Assembly: GCF_022045235.1 (NCBI RefSeq)
Contig: NW_027266271.1
Location: forward strand, 124,001-188,000
Direction of reading: 5' to 3'
DNA: 64,000 nt
DNA from: Haliotis cracherodii
Taxonomy: Eukaryota
The position numbers and the translations under genes are program-made. Below the pieces are notes generated by a model. It did not search any database, was not told the origin of the DNA, and saw only the letters and a list, made by a program, of their open reading frames with translations. Of the stretch, positions 35,931 to 50,480 are shown piece by piece; the stretch's first letter is position 1; each line of letters begins with the position of its first letter.

Positions 35931-38329
35931 ATTGACATATCAAATATCAGCAAACCGAGATTATTATAACGCAATAGATTTCATCCGTCAAAACATCACA
36001 GGAAGAAGGGCAGCCTGGAATTTTACAATGGCATCAGAATGCACTAAGAAGTTCAACTGGTCAGGAGGTGAGAGTTGCGAAAAATTACGATAAACTACAG
36101 TTACAGATCTCCATTGCGAATATCTAAAGTATGAATAAGGTTTACAGCTTGCTGTAAAGTGTACTTCATCCAGATTCCAGGGTACATGGGTCCTTTTCGG
36201 CACCAGAAATAACCACAGAGGACACTTAAATGGGGATCGGGTGAACACAATGTGCTACCTGGTAGATTGTGTGTCATCAAACCGAACAATGATGGCCTTT
36301 GACTGATTGTGGCGTAAAACACACTAAATCATTTACTTGTATCGGAAATTGAATGTTCATCTTAATTGTTAAAAATAAAACAGGGACATAATAACTACAA
36401 CTTTATGTGAGCACGAGCAGCTCTATTGGAATGAGATGAATAAGTGTTATAAAGTTGTAAGCTTCTTCACAACCGTGTAACTATGAATTGACTTTATTGG
36501 GTAATCAAAAAAGAGATAGCGACCTAAAATAGCCAAATATCACACGATTTCACTTGTCCACCATCTTCGATGCAAGGCGAAAACATTTCAGCGCATTTGA
36601 AGCCACTGAGAATGCCTCCTGCAGTGTTGGACGAACATTCTTTGATTGATTGTGGCGTCAAAACAAACTCATTCATTTACTTGAACTGAATGTTCATCTT
36701 AATTGTTATGGATAGTCACGGAGCCGTGATCCAGAGAACAGGGTGTCATTAGATAAAAACGAAGTAATAATATGATTGCCATAAAAACGGGGTATAACAC
36801 CCAAGCCAATAAGCTTCGCTCAGGTAACACCAGAGTAAGTCAGAACAAGATTGAAAACTGCCCCATAATTATGTATGACAGGCTAGTCTTTAGTATTAAC
36901 ATTAAAATACATGATATCTGTATGGGCGATATTGTCTTCGTTCCACCGGTGAGTAAGCGTTATCCTTACTTTCTCGTGGTATAAATATTGCAAGAAATTA
37001 TATTCCTGAAGACATCACGATACAGTTTTTACGATGCATCACGTCTGCACTAGCGCTTGTGTTTGGGTGTTTCAGTAGTTTAAATTGCTGTTTTGATATT
37101 GTTGATTAATCTTTGATACAATGAACAATATAAGATTATATGAGAGTTTGACCGTAGGACGATAACATGCGTTAATGTATATCTGATATATATAAGATGA
37201 CATGAATAGAACAATGAGTAGTACGTCAAGATTAGTGTATAGGCAACATTTTATAATCCAAGTCACCAACTCTCCCTTTAAGTCATTTTTTCCTGACTTT
37301 AAAGTAAATGCAAGAACACAATCGTCCGGAATACAAAGGATAATTGTGGTCCACTTCCATATGACCATATAGCATACAATAAGCTTTCGGGTCCCGTTTG
37401 GATCGGTTTGGGTGGCACCCAAGATATCCATAGAATGGGTTCATCTCGGAATCTCCCATATCACTGGGGCTCCGTTTCAATTGAAATGGAGTTACTAGTT
37501 TCTTTCAAAACTATTCAGTTTTAGAGACTAAGCATTAGTCAGTTTGGAATTTGAAACTAATCTGTTTACAGTAACAAGACACTGCTTAAGTGTCATGTAC
37601 AAATGAGAAAGTGGAATCCCGTCAATTAGGCGGACGAACCTTAAAACTATTAATAAACCTAAAAATAAGCAATATCGGAAAAATATATATGCATAATTTA
37701 CTATTATACTACCTGGCAATATGCACCAAGTTCACCTTCCACAAAAATAAGTTTTAAAACCCGGTTGATATTCGTTTGCGTATTTGACGATTATATAACT
37801 TGCGAAAGTATAAATCCATTTCCTATACTCAGACGTTCCTGAGCCTTGAGCCTTTCCTAATTATTACTGTTATCATTGTATAAGTTAAGGGGAAATGCGT
37901 GCCGATCAAGTACGTGCCATAAATTTAAGCAACATTGTACGATTCCGAACTTATCACGAGACTATGTTTATGAATCATTGTCAAATAGTGGTGACATTAA
38001 TTCTAGGAAACAATACCCGACATCGCGCATACACAAAAAGGAAAATTTGGACAAGGCATCAACGATTGATTTCAGTACTTCCGCTAAGCGCTTCGGGTAC
38101 AGCGTCAAACTCGGGCCTGTAATCTAACACGCGACAACTGACCAATTAAATCTTAGAAGTAAGAAATACCGGTAGACGCTGTTGCTTGATTATATCGTTC
38201 TCTCTCAGTAAATTCCGATTTCAAATAACGACGTTATGTGGACGGAAAAACGATGGTTTGAAAGCGTCTAAATAACGTCGTTTTTCCGTATGCGGAAAAA
38301 AACGACGTTTTCATGTTTGCTGTGTAATA

Positions 38330-38475
38330 ACAGTATACCAGGGGGACATAATCATAGTAGACCAGGATGACATATTCACGGTAGACCAGGATGACATACT
38401 CACGGTATTCCAGGGTGACATACTCACGGTAGACCAGGATGACATAATCACAGTATACCAAGCTGACATATAACT
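38330..38475. repeat. 24-bp minisatellite, ~6 copies (GGTAGACCAGGATGACATACTCAC)
   Basis: Direct periodicity. Confidence 0.85.
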
Positions 38476-39499
38476 CCACTATTTCGACAGAGAGAATCGT
38501 CTGAGAATGTGACTGTCAAAGTTTCTTACACAAACTGACGTGAAGCGATTGTCAAAAAAAAAGAAAAAGAATAAGTATGTGTAAACATACCTATTTGTAA
38601 AGGAATGTAGGGTTACACAAACATAAAGCTAATCTGTCATATCCTCTCTTATGTAGTTAAACTAGCACGAGCGCTGTGTTGTAGGATCAGCATGTGATCA
38701 AATTACAGTAATTACATAGAAGCAGGTGAACTTTATACTGAACCAAAAGTAAAACTCACAGACAGAAAGTCATACATACCTTGATGTGAATAACGGTGTA
38801 ACGTTAACCAGCTCGTTCAATGCAAAGAAACAATATAATCTTTGCTAACCTTGATGCTAACTCCGAAATATTTGGCAAAATATTCTCTCGCCTGCTCCGC
38901 GCAACAGTCACGTACTCAGTTCCGTGTGTCCGAGAAGATATATATTTGAGTCACGTGATTGCTACGTGAGTCTGACTGGTCACACTCACTCCCGAGTTCA
39001 AGCTCGGGCACGTCTCAGTCTGCCGTTAATACCTGTAAACGCTGCACTTGTGTTTAGCTACAGTTATCTATGTTCAACCTGTCAACACACGGGGCGTATG
39101 TTGTCAGACTAAGTAGAAAAATGTTCGGGTCGGCAAAATATTATACAGTCCTAAGACCTATCCCACCTCATTAATAAATGACCAATTCTCTTAGCCTTCA
39201 CCTGTACACCACTGTAGTTGCCACGGCCACGCCACTGAATGATGTCTATAAATAAAACATTTACTTATCACAACACATATGTTACGTACAGATATTAAAT
39301 GAAAATACCCAATATATGTGGATCAGTGAACATTGCATCAATATTAAATGAAATGAATATATTCTATCTATTATTTCAACAAGCAAATGTTGTTCAGTTT
39401 GTTGCGTGTACACAAAGCAATGTATATGCTAAAACGATGCGTGCACATAGAGCCTGCCAGACATCTATGTTCTCGGCCCTATTATGAGCATCCGTTTTT

Positions 39500-42400
39500 G
39501 GAATCCAAGGCCTGGATGAGGTCTCTGGTATCTAAGGCCAAGAGCCTGGACTTAGCTTTTGGTATCTACGGCCTGGCATATATTCTGGTATGTTCGGCCT
39601 GAATTTAGAGTCTGGTGTGTTCGGCCTGGATTTGGTGTATGGTATGTTCGGCCTGGATTTGGTGTCTGGTATGTTCGGCGTGGATTTAGTGTCTGGTATG
39701 TTCGGCCTGGATTTAGTGTCTGGTATGTTCGGGCTGGATTTGGTGCCTGGTATGTTGGGCCTGGATTTGGTGTCTGGTATGTTCGGCCTGGATTTGGTGT
39801 TTGGTATGCTCGGCCTGGATTTAGCGCCTGGTATGTTCGTCCTGGATTTAGTGCCTGGTATGTTCGGCCTGGATTTAGTGCCTGGTATGTTCGGCCTGGA
39901 TTTGGTGTCTGGTATGTTCGGCCTGGATTTAGTGCCTGGTATGTTCGGCCTGGATTTGGTGTCTGGTATGTTCGGCCTGGATTTAGTGTCTGGAATGTTC
40001 GTCCTGGATTTAGTGCCTGGTATGTTCGGCCTGGATTTAGTGCCTGGTATGTTCGGCCTGGATTTGGTGTCTGGTATGTTCGGCCTGGATTTAGTGCCTG
40101 GTATGTTCGGCCTGGATTTGGTGTCTGGTATGTTCGGCCTGGATTTGGTGTCTGATAATGTTCGGCCTGGATTTGGTGTCTGGTATGTTCGGGCTTGATT
40201 TAGTGCCTGGTATGTTCGGGATGGATTTGGTGTCTTGTATGTTCGACCTGGATTTAATGTCTGGTATTTTCGGCCTTGATTTAGTGTCTGGAATGTTCGT
40301 CCTGGATTTAGTGCCTGGTATGTTCGGCCTGGATTTGGTGTCTGGTATGTTCGGCCTGGATTTAGTGTGTGGTATGTTCGGCCTGGATTTAGTGTGTGGT
40401 ATGTTCGGCCTGGATTTAGTGTCTGGTATGTACGTCCTGGATTTAGTGTCTGGTATGTTCGGCCTGGATTTGGTGTCTGATAATGTTCGGCCTGGATTTG
40501 GTGTCTGGTATGTTCGGGCTTGATTTAGTGCCTGGTATGTTCGGGATGGATTTGGTGTCTTGTATGTTCGACCTGGATTTAATGTCTGGTATTTTCGGCC
40601 TTGATTTAGTGTCTGGAATGTTCGTCCTGGATTTAGTGCCTGGTATGTTCGTCCTGGATTTGGTGTCTGGTATGTTCGGCCTGGATTTAGTGTCTGGTAT
40701 GTTCGGCATGGATTTAGTGTCTGGTATGTTCGGCCTCGATTTGGTGTCTGGTATGTTCAGCCTGGATTTAGTGCCTGGTAATGTTCGGCCTGGATTTAGT
40801 TTCTGGTATGTTCGGCCTGGCTTTAGTGTCTGGTATGTTCGGACTGGATTTAATGTCTGGTATTTTCGGCCTGGATTTAGTGTCTGGAATGTTCGTCCTG
40901 GATTTAGTGCCTGGTATGTTCGGCCTGGATTTGGTTTCTGGTAATGTTTGGCCTCGATTTGGTGTCTGGTATGTTCGGGCTTGATTTAGTGCCTGGTATG
41001 TTCGGCCTGGATTTTGTGTCTGGTATGTTCGGCCTGGCTTTAGTGTCTGGTATGTTCGACCTGGATTTAATGTCTGGTATTTTCGGCCTTGATTTAGTGT
41101 CTGGAATGTTTGTCCTGGATTTAGTGCCTGGTATGTTCGTCCTGGATTTGGTGTCTGGTATGTTCGGCCTGGATTTAGTGTCTGGTAATGTTCGGCCTGG
41201 ATTTGGTGTCTGGTATGTTCGGCCTTGCTTTAGTGTCTGGTATGTTCGGCCTGGATTTAATGTCTGGTATTTTCGGCCTGGATTTAGTGTCTGGAATGTT
41301 CGTCCTGGATTTAGTGCCTGGTATGTTCGTCCTGGATTTGGTGTCTGGTATATTCGCCCTGGATTTAGTGTGTGGTATGTTCGGCCTGGATTTAGTGTGT
41401 GGTATGTTCGGCCTGGATTTGGTGTCTGGTATGTTGGGCCTAGATTTAGTGTCGTGGATGTTCGGCCTGGATTTAGTTTCTGGTATGTTTGGCCTGGATT
41501 TGGTGTCTGGTATGTTCGGGCTTGATTTAGTGCCTGGTATGTTCGGCCTGGATTTAGTGTCTGGTATGTTCGGCCTGGATTTAATGTCTGATATTTTCGG
41601 CCTTGATTTAGTGTCTGGAATGTTTGTCCTGGATTTAGTGCCTGGTATGTTCGTCCTGGATTTGGTGTCTGGTATGTTCGGCCTGGATTTAGTGTCTGGT
41701 AATGTTCGGCCTGGATTTGGTGTCTGGTATGTTCGCCCTGGACTTAGTGTGTGGTATGTTCGGCCTGGATTTAGTGTGTGGTATGTTCGGCCTGGATTTG
41801 GTGTCTGGTATGTTGGGCCTAGATTTAGTGTCGTGGATGTTCGGCCTGGATTTAGTTTCTGGTATGTTTGGCCTGGATTTGGTGTCTGGTATGTTCGGGC
41901 TTGATTTAGTGCCTGGTATGTTCGGCCTGGATTTAGTGTCTGGTATGTTCGGCCTGGATTTAATGTCTGATATTTTCGGCCTTGATTTAGTGTCTGGAAT
42001 GTTTGTCCTGGATTTAGTGCCTGGTATGTTCGGCCTGGATTTGGTGTCTGGTATGTTCGGCCTGGATTTAGTGTCTGGTAATGTTCGGCCTGGATTTGGT
42101 GTCTGGTATGTTCGGCCTTGCTTTAGTGTCTGGTATGTTCGGCCTGGATTTAATGTCTGGTATTTTCGGCCTGGATTTAGTGTCTGGAATGTTCGTCCTG
42201 GATTTAGTGCCTGGTATGTTCGTCCTGGATTTGGTGTCTGGTATGTTCGCCCTGGATTTAGTGTGTGGTATGTTCGGCCTGGATTTAGTGTGTGGTATGT
42301 TCGGCCTGGATTTGGTGTCTGGTATGTTGGGCCTAGATTTAGTGTCGTGGATGTTCGGCCTGGATTTAGTTTCTGGTATGTTTGGCCTGGATTTGGTGTC

Positions 42401-42722
42401 TGGTATGTTCGTCCTGGATTTGGTGTCTGGCATGTTCGGCCTGGATTTGGTGTCTGGTATGTTCGGCCTGGATTTAGTGCCTGGTATGTTGGGCCTAGAT
42501 TTAGTGTCTTTTATGTTCGGCCTGAATTTAGTTTCTAGTATGTTTGGCCTGGATTTGGTGTCTGGTATGTTCGGCCTGGATTTAGTGTCGTGGATGTTCG
42601 GCCTGGATTTAGTTTCTTGTATGTTCGGCCTGGATTTGGTGTCTGGTATGTTCGGCCTGGATTTAGTATCGGGTATGTTCGCCCTGGATTTAGTGTCTGG
42701 TATTTTCGGGCTGGATTTGTCC
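39500..42722. repeat. 27-bp satellite (TGGTATGTTCGGCCTGGATTTAGTGTC), ~118 units with higher-order blocks
   Basis: 27-bp periodicity; occasional 28-bp units mark blocks of 325, 514 and 379 bp. Confidence 0.97.
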
Positions 42723-42909
42723 TAACTGAGGATGTAACAAGCATCTGCGTGAGAGAGGAATTTGCGAATAATTTGAATTATATAATGCTGACATTTGTAT
42801 TTCAGTATGATAAGAAGAACAGCTTCTTGAAACTTTCAAGTAAGGCATACACACCTCTGAAAAGAGGTGATAATCGGGCTACGACACTTCCACTTCAGCA
42901 CAATCAAAG

Positions 42910-44714
42910 AGGAAGCATAGCGTAACACGGTGCACAGAGTCTCACAATAAATAAAATCAATGCATAGAGTTGCACGATGCATAGAGCCACACGGTGCTTA
43001 GTGTCACACGGTGCATAGGGTCATGAAGGAGCATCGCGTAATTAACACAGTGCAAAAAGTCTCACAATGCATAAAGTCCCACGATGAATGGAGCCCCACG
43101 GTGCATTGAGTCTCATGATGCATAGATTCATTAAGCATAGCGTAATACGGTGCATAGAGTCTCACAATGCATAGAATCCCACGATGCATATAGTCTCATG
43201 GTGCATAGAGCCACACGGTGCATAGAGTTATGAAGGAGCATAGCATAATACGATGCATAGAGGTTCACGATGCATAAAGTCCCACAATGCATAGAATATC
43301 ACCATGCATAAAGTCCCACAATGCATAGAGTCCCACGGTGCATAGAGTCGTCAAGGTGCATAGCGTAACTAACACGGTGCATAGAGTCTCACGATGGATA
43401 AAGTCCCACAATGCATAGAGCCTCACTGTGCAAAGAGTCTCACGATGCATAATGTCCCACATAGAATCTCAAGATGCATAGAGTAATGAAGGAGCATAGC
43501 GTAACATGATGCATAGAGTCTCACGGGGCATAGATTCATAAAGGAGCATAGCGTAACACGGTGCATAGAGTCTCAGGATGCATAGAATCTGACGGTGCAT
43601 AGAGTCACGAAGGAGCATAGCGTAACACGGTGCATATAGTTTCAAAATGCATAGAGTCCCACGATGCATGGAGTCACACGATGCATAGAGTCTCACGATG
43701 CATAGATTCATGAAAGAACACGTTACATAGAGTTTCACAGTGCATAGAGTCTCACGGTGCATAGAGTCATGAAGGAGCATAGCGTAGCACGGTGCATAGA
43801 GTCCCACGATGCATTTTGACATGACAGGGCATAGCGTAACACGGTGCATAGAGTTTCACAATGCAGAGAGTCCCGCGATGCATCACATGGGTCACATGGC
43901 GTATAGAGTCCCGCGGTTAATAGAGTCTACAGGACTATAGCGTAACATGGTGCATAGAGTCCAACGATGCAGTTTGACATGACAGGGCATAGCGTAACAC
44001 GGTGCATAGAGTCTCAGGATGCATAGAATCTGACGGTGCATAGAGTCACGAAGGAGCATAGCGTAACACGGTGCATATAGTTTCAAAATGCATAGAGTCC
44101 CACGATGCATGGAGTCACACGATGCATAGAGTCTCACGATGCATAGATTCATGAAAGAACACGTTACATAGAGTTTCACAGTGCATAGAGTCTCACGGTG
44201 CATAGAGTCATGAAGGAGCATAGCGTAGCACGGTGCATAGAGTCCCACGATGCATTTTGACATGACAGGGCATAGCGTAACACGGTGCATAGAGTTTCAC
44301 AATGCAGAGAGTCCCGCGATGCATCACATGGGTCACATGGCGTATAGAGTCCCGCGGTTAATAGAGTCTACAGGACTATAGCGTAACATGGTGCATAGAG
44401 TCCAACGATGCAGTTTGACATGACAGGGCATAGCGTAACACGGTGCATAGAGTTTCACAATGCAGAGAGTCCCGCGATGCATCACATGGGTCACATGGCG
44501 TATAGAGTCCCGCGGTTAATAGAGTCTACAGGACTATAGCGTAACATGGTGCATAGAGTCCAACGATGCATAGAGCAACACGGTGCATAGAGTCACGAAG
44601 GAGCATCACGTAACACGGTGCAAAGAGTCCATAATGCATAGAGTCTCACGGTGCATAGAGTCATGTAGGAGCATAGCGTAACACGGTGCATAGAGTCTCA
44701 CAATGCATAGAGGC
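42910..44714. repeat. Complex ~17-bp-core minisatellite (CACGGTGCATAGAGTCT) with 441-bp and 158-bp tandem duplications
   Basis: Recurring GCATAGAG core; TCCCGCGATGC marker at 43871, 44312 and 44470. Confidence 0.92.
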
Positions 44715-44899
44715 CAAGGGTAAGACCTTCTCTCTACCTGATTTCCATCTCTGAACCAAGGATTATATAAGGTCAAGGTCACCTGCCATTTAGTAAGTCA
44801 TAAATACAAAGAACTGTACTTCATCAGTGAAATACTTGTACATCTCGTTCATGATGACAGACAGTCAATGTACAAAACAATGGGGATTAACAATTGGGA

Positions 44900-47800
44900 T
44901 TAGCAAAACGTTGAAACGTCGATCTTGATGAAACTGATAAAACTGAACAATTATCTCGTGGATTTGATTCCGGTTGTGATCGAGGCACCTGATAAACAAC
45001 CTATTAAGTCGAATCCATTCGCCATTTCTGAAGCTGTTTCCGGAGTGGAAAATGTGACACGTCTACGTAGTGGCTTTCTTCTTGTTGAGTGTGCACGGAG
45101 ACAGCATTATCTCAACCTTTTGTCATTAACAAAATTGGCAAATACTGAGGTTGCGGTGTCTTTGCACAAAACCTTGAATTCTTGCCGAGGCATTGTTTTG
45201 AGACAGAGCTCGTGGCCTGTCCGACATGTCGCAACAAGAAATTACAGCTGAATTGACAACTCAAGGGGAAGCAGCAGTTAAGCGTTTCAGAATGAAATTT
45301 AGAGACGGTGTCATCATCCTCTCAAACACTTTTCTGCTTACCTTTCCACTTTCGGCCCTCCCTAAGTCTATAAAAGCTGGTTATCGCAACAGTGGAGGTG
45401 TACGTCCCGAATCCACTTCGATGTATCAAGTGCAAAAAGTTTGGACATAGATCTAAATCTTGTGATCACGCAGTGGTCTGTCAGCGCTGTGGTGACGGCC
45501 ATGAAAACACCGACTGTACAGTCAAACTGTTCAAACTGCAAAGGGCAAAATCTGGCTTCATGAAGCTTATGTTCAGAATGACAAAAACAATCCAAAATCC
45601 TAACGCTTAAAAATGAAAACAATATCTCGTTTTACGAGGCTAAAAAGTTTATTGAAAAACAGTCTCCACAAACTCCACTATACAGAACCTATTCTGCTGC
45701 TGTCACTATCTCTGCTCCTCCAGCTCCTCCAACAGTATCCATTTCTATTCAGATAGAGTTGACATGGATCACATCAGATCAACATTTCAGCATAACTTCT
45801 GTGATAACTTCCAATACGTGTTCAACTCACACTATAAGCCAATCTGAACCTATGACTAGTACACCTTATTATTCAGTCACAGGCTGTAGAACCAGCGACT
45901 ATTGAATCTGACGTTGTTACTCTGACCAGAAAAGAACGGGGAAAAATAAATAGAAAACAGACGAACAGGAAATACTCTTCTTCAGAGGTACCTCTCCACA
46001 ACTCCTGTGATTCTCTGGACATGGAGCTGTCAACTATGGAGCCTCCATGACTCAATCATCCAACATTCTTCATTGGAATTGTAGAGGAATAATTTTAATG
46101 ATTTACACCATTTAATTCAAGATTTTATACCATCAGCAATGCGTTTGCAAGAAACATATCTTTACAACACAGATCAATGTAATATCAGGAAATATAATAT
46201 GTATACCTTTCTTCTCACCTGCAGGAGCAGAAGCCACTGGAGATTCTTCCATCTTGCTGAGACAGGACATAATTCAAAATGCTGTTCTCTTAACACCAAT
46301 CTTCAGGCTGTTTCAGTCCGGCTAACATTTTACACTTTGCTCTTTGTATATCTCACCATCGTCTCCTCCTCAGCAGGCTGATCTTCAGTCTTTATTTGGC
46401 CAACTCCCTAAACCCTGTGTCATGACCGTAATGGACATAACACTCTATGGGAAAGTGTGGCTACAAACGCTGAAGATATTATAACTAACAACAATTTATG
46501 CATATTTAATGATGGCTCGGACACCTATCTACATCCTGCAACAGGAACCTATTCAGCATTGGATCTATCACTTACAGATGCTAATTTACTATAAATGTGA
46601 CTGATCAGCTCATGATGACCTATGTGGAAGTGACCATTTCCCCACAGTACTAATAGCTTCAACACGGTGGAACTTTAATAGAGCAAACTAGCCGTTGTTT
46701 TGAAACACTGAAACCTGATACATTCAGAAATATTCCAGAACCTTTTCCCGTCCCTATTTGAACAACTGAAAAACATAACTGATGAAACCATTTCTAAGTC
46801 CTCTGTGAACCCGCAAATTCATAAACCATGGTTTAGCAATGATTGCAAATGGGCTAAAAGCGTCAAAAAGGTAGAAAGGTTTGTTTTTTCCGCTAACACC
46901 CTACAGGCCATAATTTAAATATTGTAAAAATTTACAGCCTAAAGGCTAGACGAACCTTTAAGCAAACCAAATGTCAGTCTTTGAGAAAGTATGTATTCAA
47001 ATTCAATTCACGTACACCTATTTCAAAGGTGTGGAATATGATTCTAAGAATCAAAGGCAAGGGTTCAAAACACAGCATTCACCATCTCAAAGATGGTCCT
47101 GATATATGAACAGATAAATCTGACATCGCAAATAAACTAGGTGAAACTTTAGCCAAACATTCTTCTTCATCCAAAGATGATCCTAACTTTCAGAAATTTT
47201 CAGAAAAGGTTACTAATAGTTTTAATTCTGATAATGGTGAAGATTTCAATGAACTATTTTCACTACATGAGGTCAATACCGCCCTTTGGCAAGCTCATAA
47301 AACTGCAACTGGGAAATATTCATTTTCAGTTCTTAAAACCCTTGCCTGAAGCATGGTCTCCAGACACTTTTAACTATATTTGATGATATTTGCACATGAG
47401 GGATTTTTCCTCCTTCGTGTGCATAATGCGATTGTAGTCCCTATACCTAAACCTGGACGGGGTCATACAGATAACATCAAACTACCGTCCTATATCACAA
47501 AGAAGCTTCGTCTGCAAAAGCGTATGGTGAATAATCATTTAGTTTGAAATTTGGAAACCAATTATCTCATTACAGATATACAATGTCGTTTCCGGAAAAA
47601 TAGAAGTACCACCGATCATCTGGTACGTTTAGAATCGTTCATAAAAAATCCATTCAACATGTTGTATCCAGCTTTTTCGATTAAGAAAAAGCTTATGATC
47701 CAACTTGAAAGCATGGCATTTCAAGAGAGCTTCATGATTTTGGTTTGCGAGGTTGTTTGCCTCAGTATATATCCAGTTTTGTAACCGTCAAACAATTTTA

Positions 47801-49990
47801 AGTCTGTTTGGGATCAACTCTGTATGACCATTACAATCAGGATCAGGGTATCCCACAAGGAAGTATTTTTTTTTATTCAGCATTAAACTTGACAGTCTCT
47901 ACAAGGTATTGAATGACTCAATTGATGGGTCACTCTTTGTAGATAACTTTAACATATCCTGTCGTGGCAAAAATATGCACACAATAGAAAGGCAATTACA
48001 GCTTGGCCTCAATAAAATTCAAAAGTGGTCACTTGAGAATGGTTTAAATTTTTCCAAAGCAAAGACAAATTGTATACATTTTTGTAGAAATTATAGACCG
48101 CATAAAGACCAAGAACTATTGTTAAACGGAACCCCAATCAAGGTTGTTGAGGAGGCCATGTTCTTGGGTCTTATTTTTTAGCATGAGGTTTTTACCGCAT
48201 ATTAAATACCCTAGGCCTACAACTAAGCGCTAGACGGCTCTTGATCTACTAAAGGTTGTTGCAAATTGTCACTGATCAGATAACCCTACTTCAACTGTAT
48301 AGATCCCATATTCGATCTCAACTAGATTATGGCTCAATCGTGTATGGCGGTGCTTCTAAACCTAATTTAGATATCATACATAAATAAAGACAAAGGCTCT
48401 GTCTTGGAGCTTTTAGAACATCTCCTGTAGATAGTTTATATGTAGAGGCTGATGAGCTGTCGATTAAACAACGCCGATTAAAATTATCCCTTCAGTATAT
48501 AATTAAATTATTTGCAAACCCATCTAATCCAGCTTTTAATTGCGTCTTTCATCCTCTTCATAAGGAACTGTTTCACAACAAGCCAAAGCTTGTTCCGCCA
48601 CTTGGGATTTTGATCAAGTTTCACATTGCAGATGCTGATATTGACTTAGATATAATATCTTCTATAATGGCTTCTGTCTACTCCTCCCTGGAAATTAGTC
48701 AGGCCTGAACTAGACCTTTCTCTCACTAATCTAACAAATCTGAATCAAATCAACTAATTTATCCACAAGAATATAATCAATTACGATCCTCATACAATAC
48801 CTACGAATCTGTATTTACAAGCGGATCCATGGATGGTGATGCTGTTGCCAGCGCCACTGTTTTTGGATCCAGGACTATATCACAACGACTACCAGGTAAC
48901 TGTTCCATATTTACTTGAGAAGCAAAGGCCATATTAACAGCACCAGAATAAATACATACACAATCAAAACCAAAAACTATCTATTATATTTTCAGACTCA
49001 CTTTCTTGCCTTCAAGCTATTAAAAATATATCTTGCACACATCCACTTTAAATCAAAATTGTTTTATTTTGGCCAGTACGACATTGTTTTGTGCTTGTTA
49101 CCGAGCCATGTTGGAATCATTGGTAACACAATGGCTAATGCTGCAGCTAAAGCAGCACTCAACAAATCTGTGACAACACTTCTAATTCCATACAGTGATA
49201 ATAAACCTGTGATCAGATGTTACTTTAGAGATCTTATGAAAAAATAGTAGGACACCCAAGCAGGTATAAATATATTACAAGAAATTAAACCAACTATTGG
49301 TTACACCGACTTGGGTTGTCAGTCCAGATTTGACGAAGTCATTTTGCGGTGATGTCGTTTGGCCACACATGAATATTCAATGAAAGGTGAGGATCCTCCG
49401 TTCTGTATCCCTTGTGATGAAAGAATCATGGTCAAGCATGTCCTGCTTGACTGCATTGATTTTTCCATCACAAGGGATAAGTATTTAAAAGTTTCATCCA
49501 TCAAGGGTCTTTTTAATCAGAGAAGTTCTCATTTAATTTTTGTTTTTTAAAAGAAATCGAATTGATTGATAAATTTTGATGGCTATATTTTGTAAATAAA
49601 TTAATTAACTTTTACATTTGGTAGTATGAAACAATAACTGAGATTGTAAGTGGCTATATCCTTGAAGGGGGATAAAGTAGTGTAAAATGATTGTCCGCTG
49701 AGAGGGTTTGTAAAACCACTTTCAAAGAATTTAATCTACAACGGTTTTAAATGCAGAATATTTGTATATTTTACTTTATGCCTAATCTTGTCAACAATCG
49801 CCAATGACTAAAGGGATGGTGTAAATCCCACTGGGGAACCATGCATGTAGCAGAGGTACTGTAAGTCCCCATGGTCCCTGGTATTATGTTGGTGATCTCT
49901 AGCCTGTTCTTATGTGTCGTCTGTCATAACCTGATAATTGTATTGTTCTAAAACTAGTTTTGTATATTAACTCACACACTCTTTTAGCAT
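44900..49990 (+). mobile_element. Decayed near-full-length non-LTR retrotransposon, I-group (Nimb/I-like)
   Basis: ORF1 zinc knuckles (PNPLRCIKCKKFGHRSKSC, CQRCGDGH). ORF2 from ~46047 has APE (ILHWNCRG, LQET, SDHFP), RT (YRPIS, FRKNRSTTDHL, GIPQGS, LFVDN), RNase H (IFSDSLSCL, PSHVGIIGNTMANAAAK) and a C-terminal CCHC (CIPC...KHVLLDC). Many stops and frameshifts. Confidence 0.93.
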
Positions 49991-50233
49991 GATTAATTGC
50001 ACATACAACCTCATCCCAATATATATCGACATCTACTAAGCTTGCATCGACGTTACAAGAACCAAATCATTAGAGACACCACTTTCCATAGGTGATTATC
50101 ATCAAATTGATCACTCATGTCACCAATATGTAATTTGCAATAGTTTGCATTTTCTTAACACTCTGTTCCTATCGGTAACAACAACCCTACTCTCCATAAC
50201 CTCCCATGGGAATGCAGTATTCCTATCATTGAA

Positions 50234-50480
50234 GACCGCCTCAGTGGTCTAGCGGTAGAGCGTCCGACCAGAGAGCAGAAGATCCGGGGTTCGATCCCCT
50301 GAAAAGACAAGGAATGGTCGGCTCAGAGTCAGTATACTGTGCCTGAGTGGGGTATTCATGTTAAACTCATGGTATCTCAATGGGCTATCACTATAAATCG
50401 GCATCAGTCTGGACTAGTACAAGCTGTTGTTTCTGGTGAGAACATTTACTTGACAGAAACACTTTTGTCAAAGGACTTAA
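50234..50480 (+). mobile_element. tRNA-derived SINE (V-SINE-like core)
   Basis: A box TGGTCTAGCGG, B box GGTTCGATCCC, core GGTCGGCTCAGAGTCAGTATACTGTGCCTGAGTGGGG. Confidence 0.7.

Noticed and set aside
39559-42925. Repetitive ORFs (MFGLDLVSG / WYVRPGFSV)n
   Set aside because: Translation of the 27-bp satellite; recurrent 28-bp units switch frames freely, so there is no coding constraint.
43004-44290. Cys/Met-rich minus-strand ORFs, two nearly identical
   Set aside because: Products of the ~17-bp minisatellite and its 441-bp duplication.
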